DNA of 64,000 nucleotides from Acholeplasmataceae bacterium (lineage in GTDB: Bacteria; Bacillota_I; Bacilli_A; Acholeplasmatales; Acholeplasmataceae): the NCBI GenBank assembly GCA_018399615.1, contig JAGYNT010000001.1, positions 468 through 64,467 on the forward strand, read 5' to 3'. This document shows positions 63,643 to 64,000 of this stretch, piece by piece. The first letter of the stretch is position 1. Every line of letters starts with the position of its first letter. A program made the position numbers and the translations under genes. The notes below the pieces were generated by a model. That model was given only the letters and a program-made list of their open reading frames with translations, ran no database searches and was not told where the DNA came from.

Positions 63643-64000
63643 ATGAGCAACGTAGCGAAAATAAGAAAAACGAAAGAACTGCAGGGGGATACATTCAAAA
63701 TCGCGCATGACGCGAAGGTGGCAAAAAAAGAAAACGATCACGTGATCGACGCGACCGTTGGTGCGCTTTTCGACGATGACGGACGCTTCCATACGTTCAA
63801 GACGATTACCGATTCGATCCAGAGGATCGAGGACAAAAGACAATATGCCTATCCGCCGATCGATGGCGGACAAGCCTTTCGAGAATCGCTTTTGAGCTGG
63901 GTGTTCCAGAATCACGAGCAGGAGATCAAAGAAGCGTTCAACGTCGATCTGATCGCCACTCCCGGTGCATGCGGCGCCCTGCACAATGCCTTTTTGAATT
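63643..64000 (+). CDS. Class I/II (aspartate/aromatic-type) aminotransferase, N-terminal fragment; continues beyond window end
   Basis: Absent from the track because it has no stop. ATG 63643 follows RBS ggaggat: MSNVAKIRKTKELQGDTFKIAHDAKVAKKENDHVIDATVGALFDDDGRFHTFKTITDSIQRIEDKRQYAYPPIDGGQAFRESLLSWVF...LIATPGACGALHNAF. Confidence 0.65.
   Translation, partial: MSNVAKIRKTKELQGDTFKIAHDAKVAKKENDHVIDATVGALFDDDGRFHTFKTITDSIQRIEDKRQYAYPPIDGGQAFRESLLSWVFQNHEQEIKEAFNVDLIATPGACGALHNAFLN

Noticed and set aside
1-64000. Search for integrase, transposase, phage, CRISPR-Cas, restriction-modification or other classical defence genes that could define a larger mobile or defence system
   Set aside because: No ORF in either AT-rich patch or elsewhere shows recombinase (tyrosine, serine or DDE) motifs or known defence signatures by eye. 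Only yefM-yoeB and the DUF4143 ATPase are candidates, and these are reported above.

Overview
This 64-kb window looks like a chromosomal segment of a mid-GC Bacillota-type organism, possibly Erysipelotrichia- or Mollicutes-related; taxonomy cannot be fixed from sequence alone. Most of it is housekeeping. It holds an Mrp antiporter cluster in Mbh-like gene order (1-3453), pckG-tdh-kbl, a TetR-regulated ABC-2 exporter, and potABCD. A Bacillus-like nusB-xseAB-dxs-tlyA-recN block follows, then ispH, a DEAD-box helicase, nfo, purAB, argS, one tRNA-Leu(CAA), cls, yaaA, pncB, trmL, ackA, manA, pepF and ilvE. I found no rRNA genes, CRISPR arrays, transposases or integrases.

Five things stand out:
1. 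Two visibly AT-rich accessory patches sit immediately 3' of the two rlmCD/RumA-type methyltransferase paralogs. One (54476-55644; GNAT + yefM/yoeB) is bounded by a 13-bp direct repeat, and the displaced original gene end survives downstream.
2. About eight genes have broken reading frames. Several breaks are tight clusters of 1-nt indels that return to the original frame. This could be genome decay or consensus error.
3. A perfect 24-bp tandem array lies between potD and nusB.
4. PotA carries a charged insertion of roughly 75 aa.
5. A 564-aa orphan protein has an HprK/PEPCK-like P-loop.

I cannot demonstrate a clear novel multi-gene system from sequence alone. All family assignments come from motif recognition by eye. 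No database search was run.
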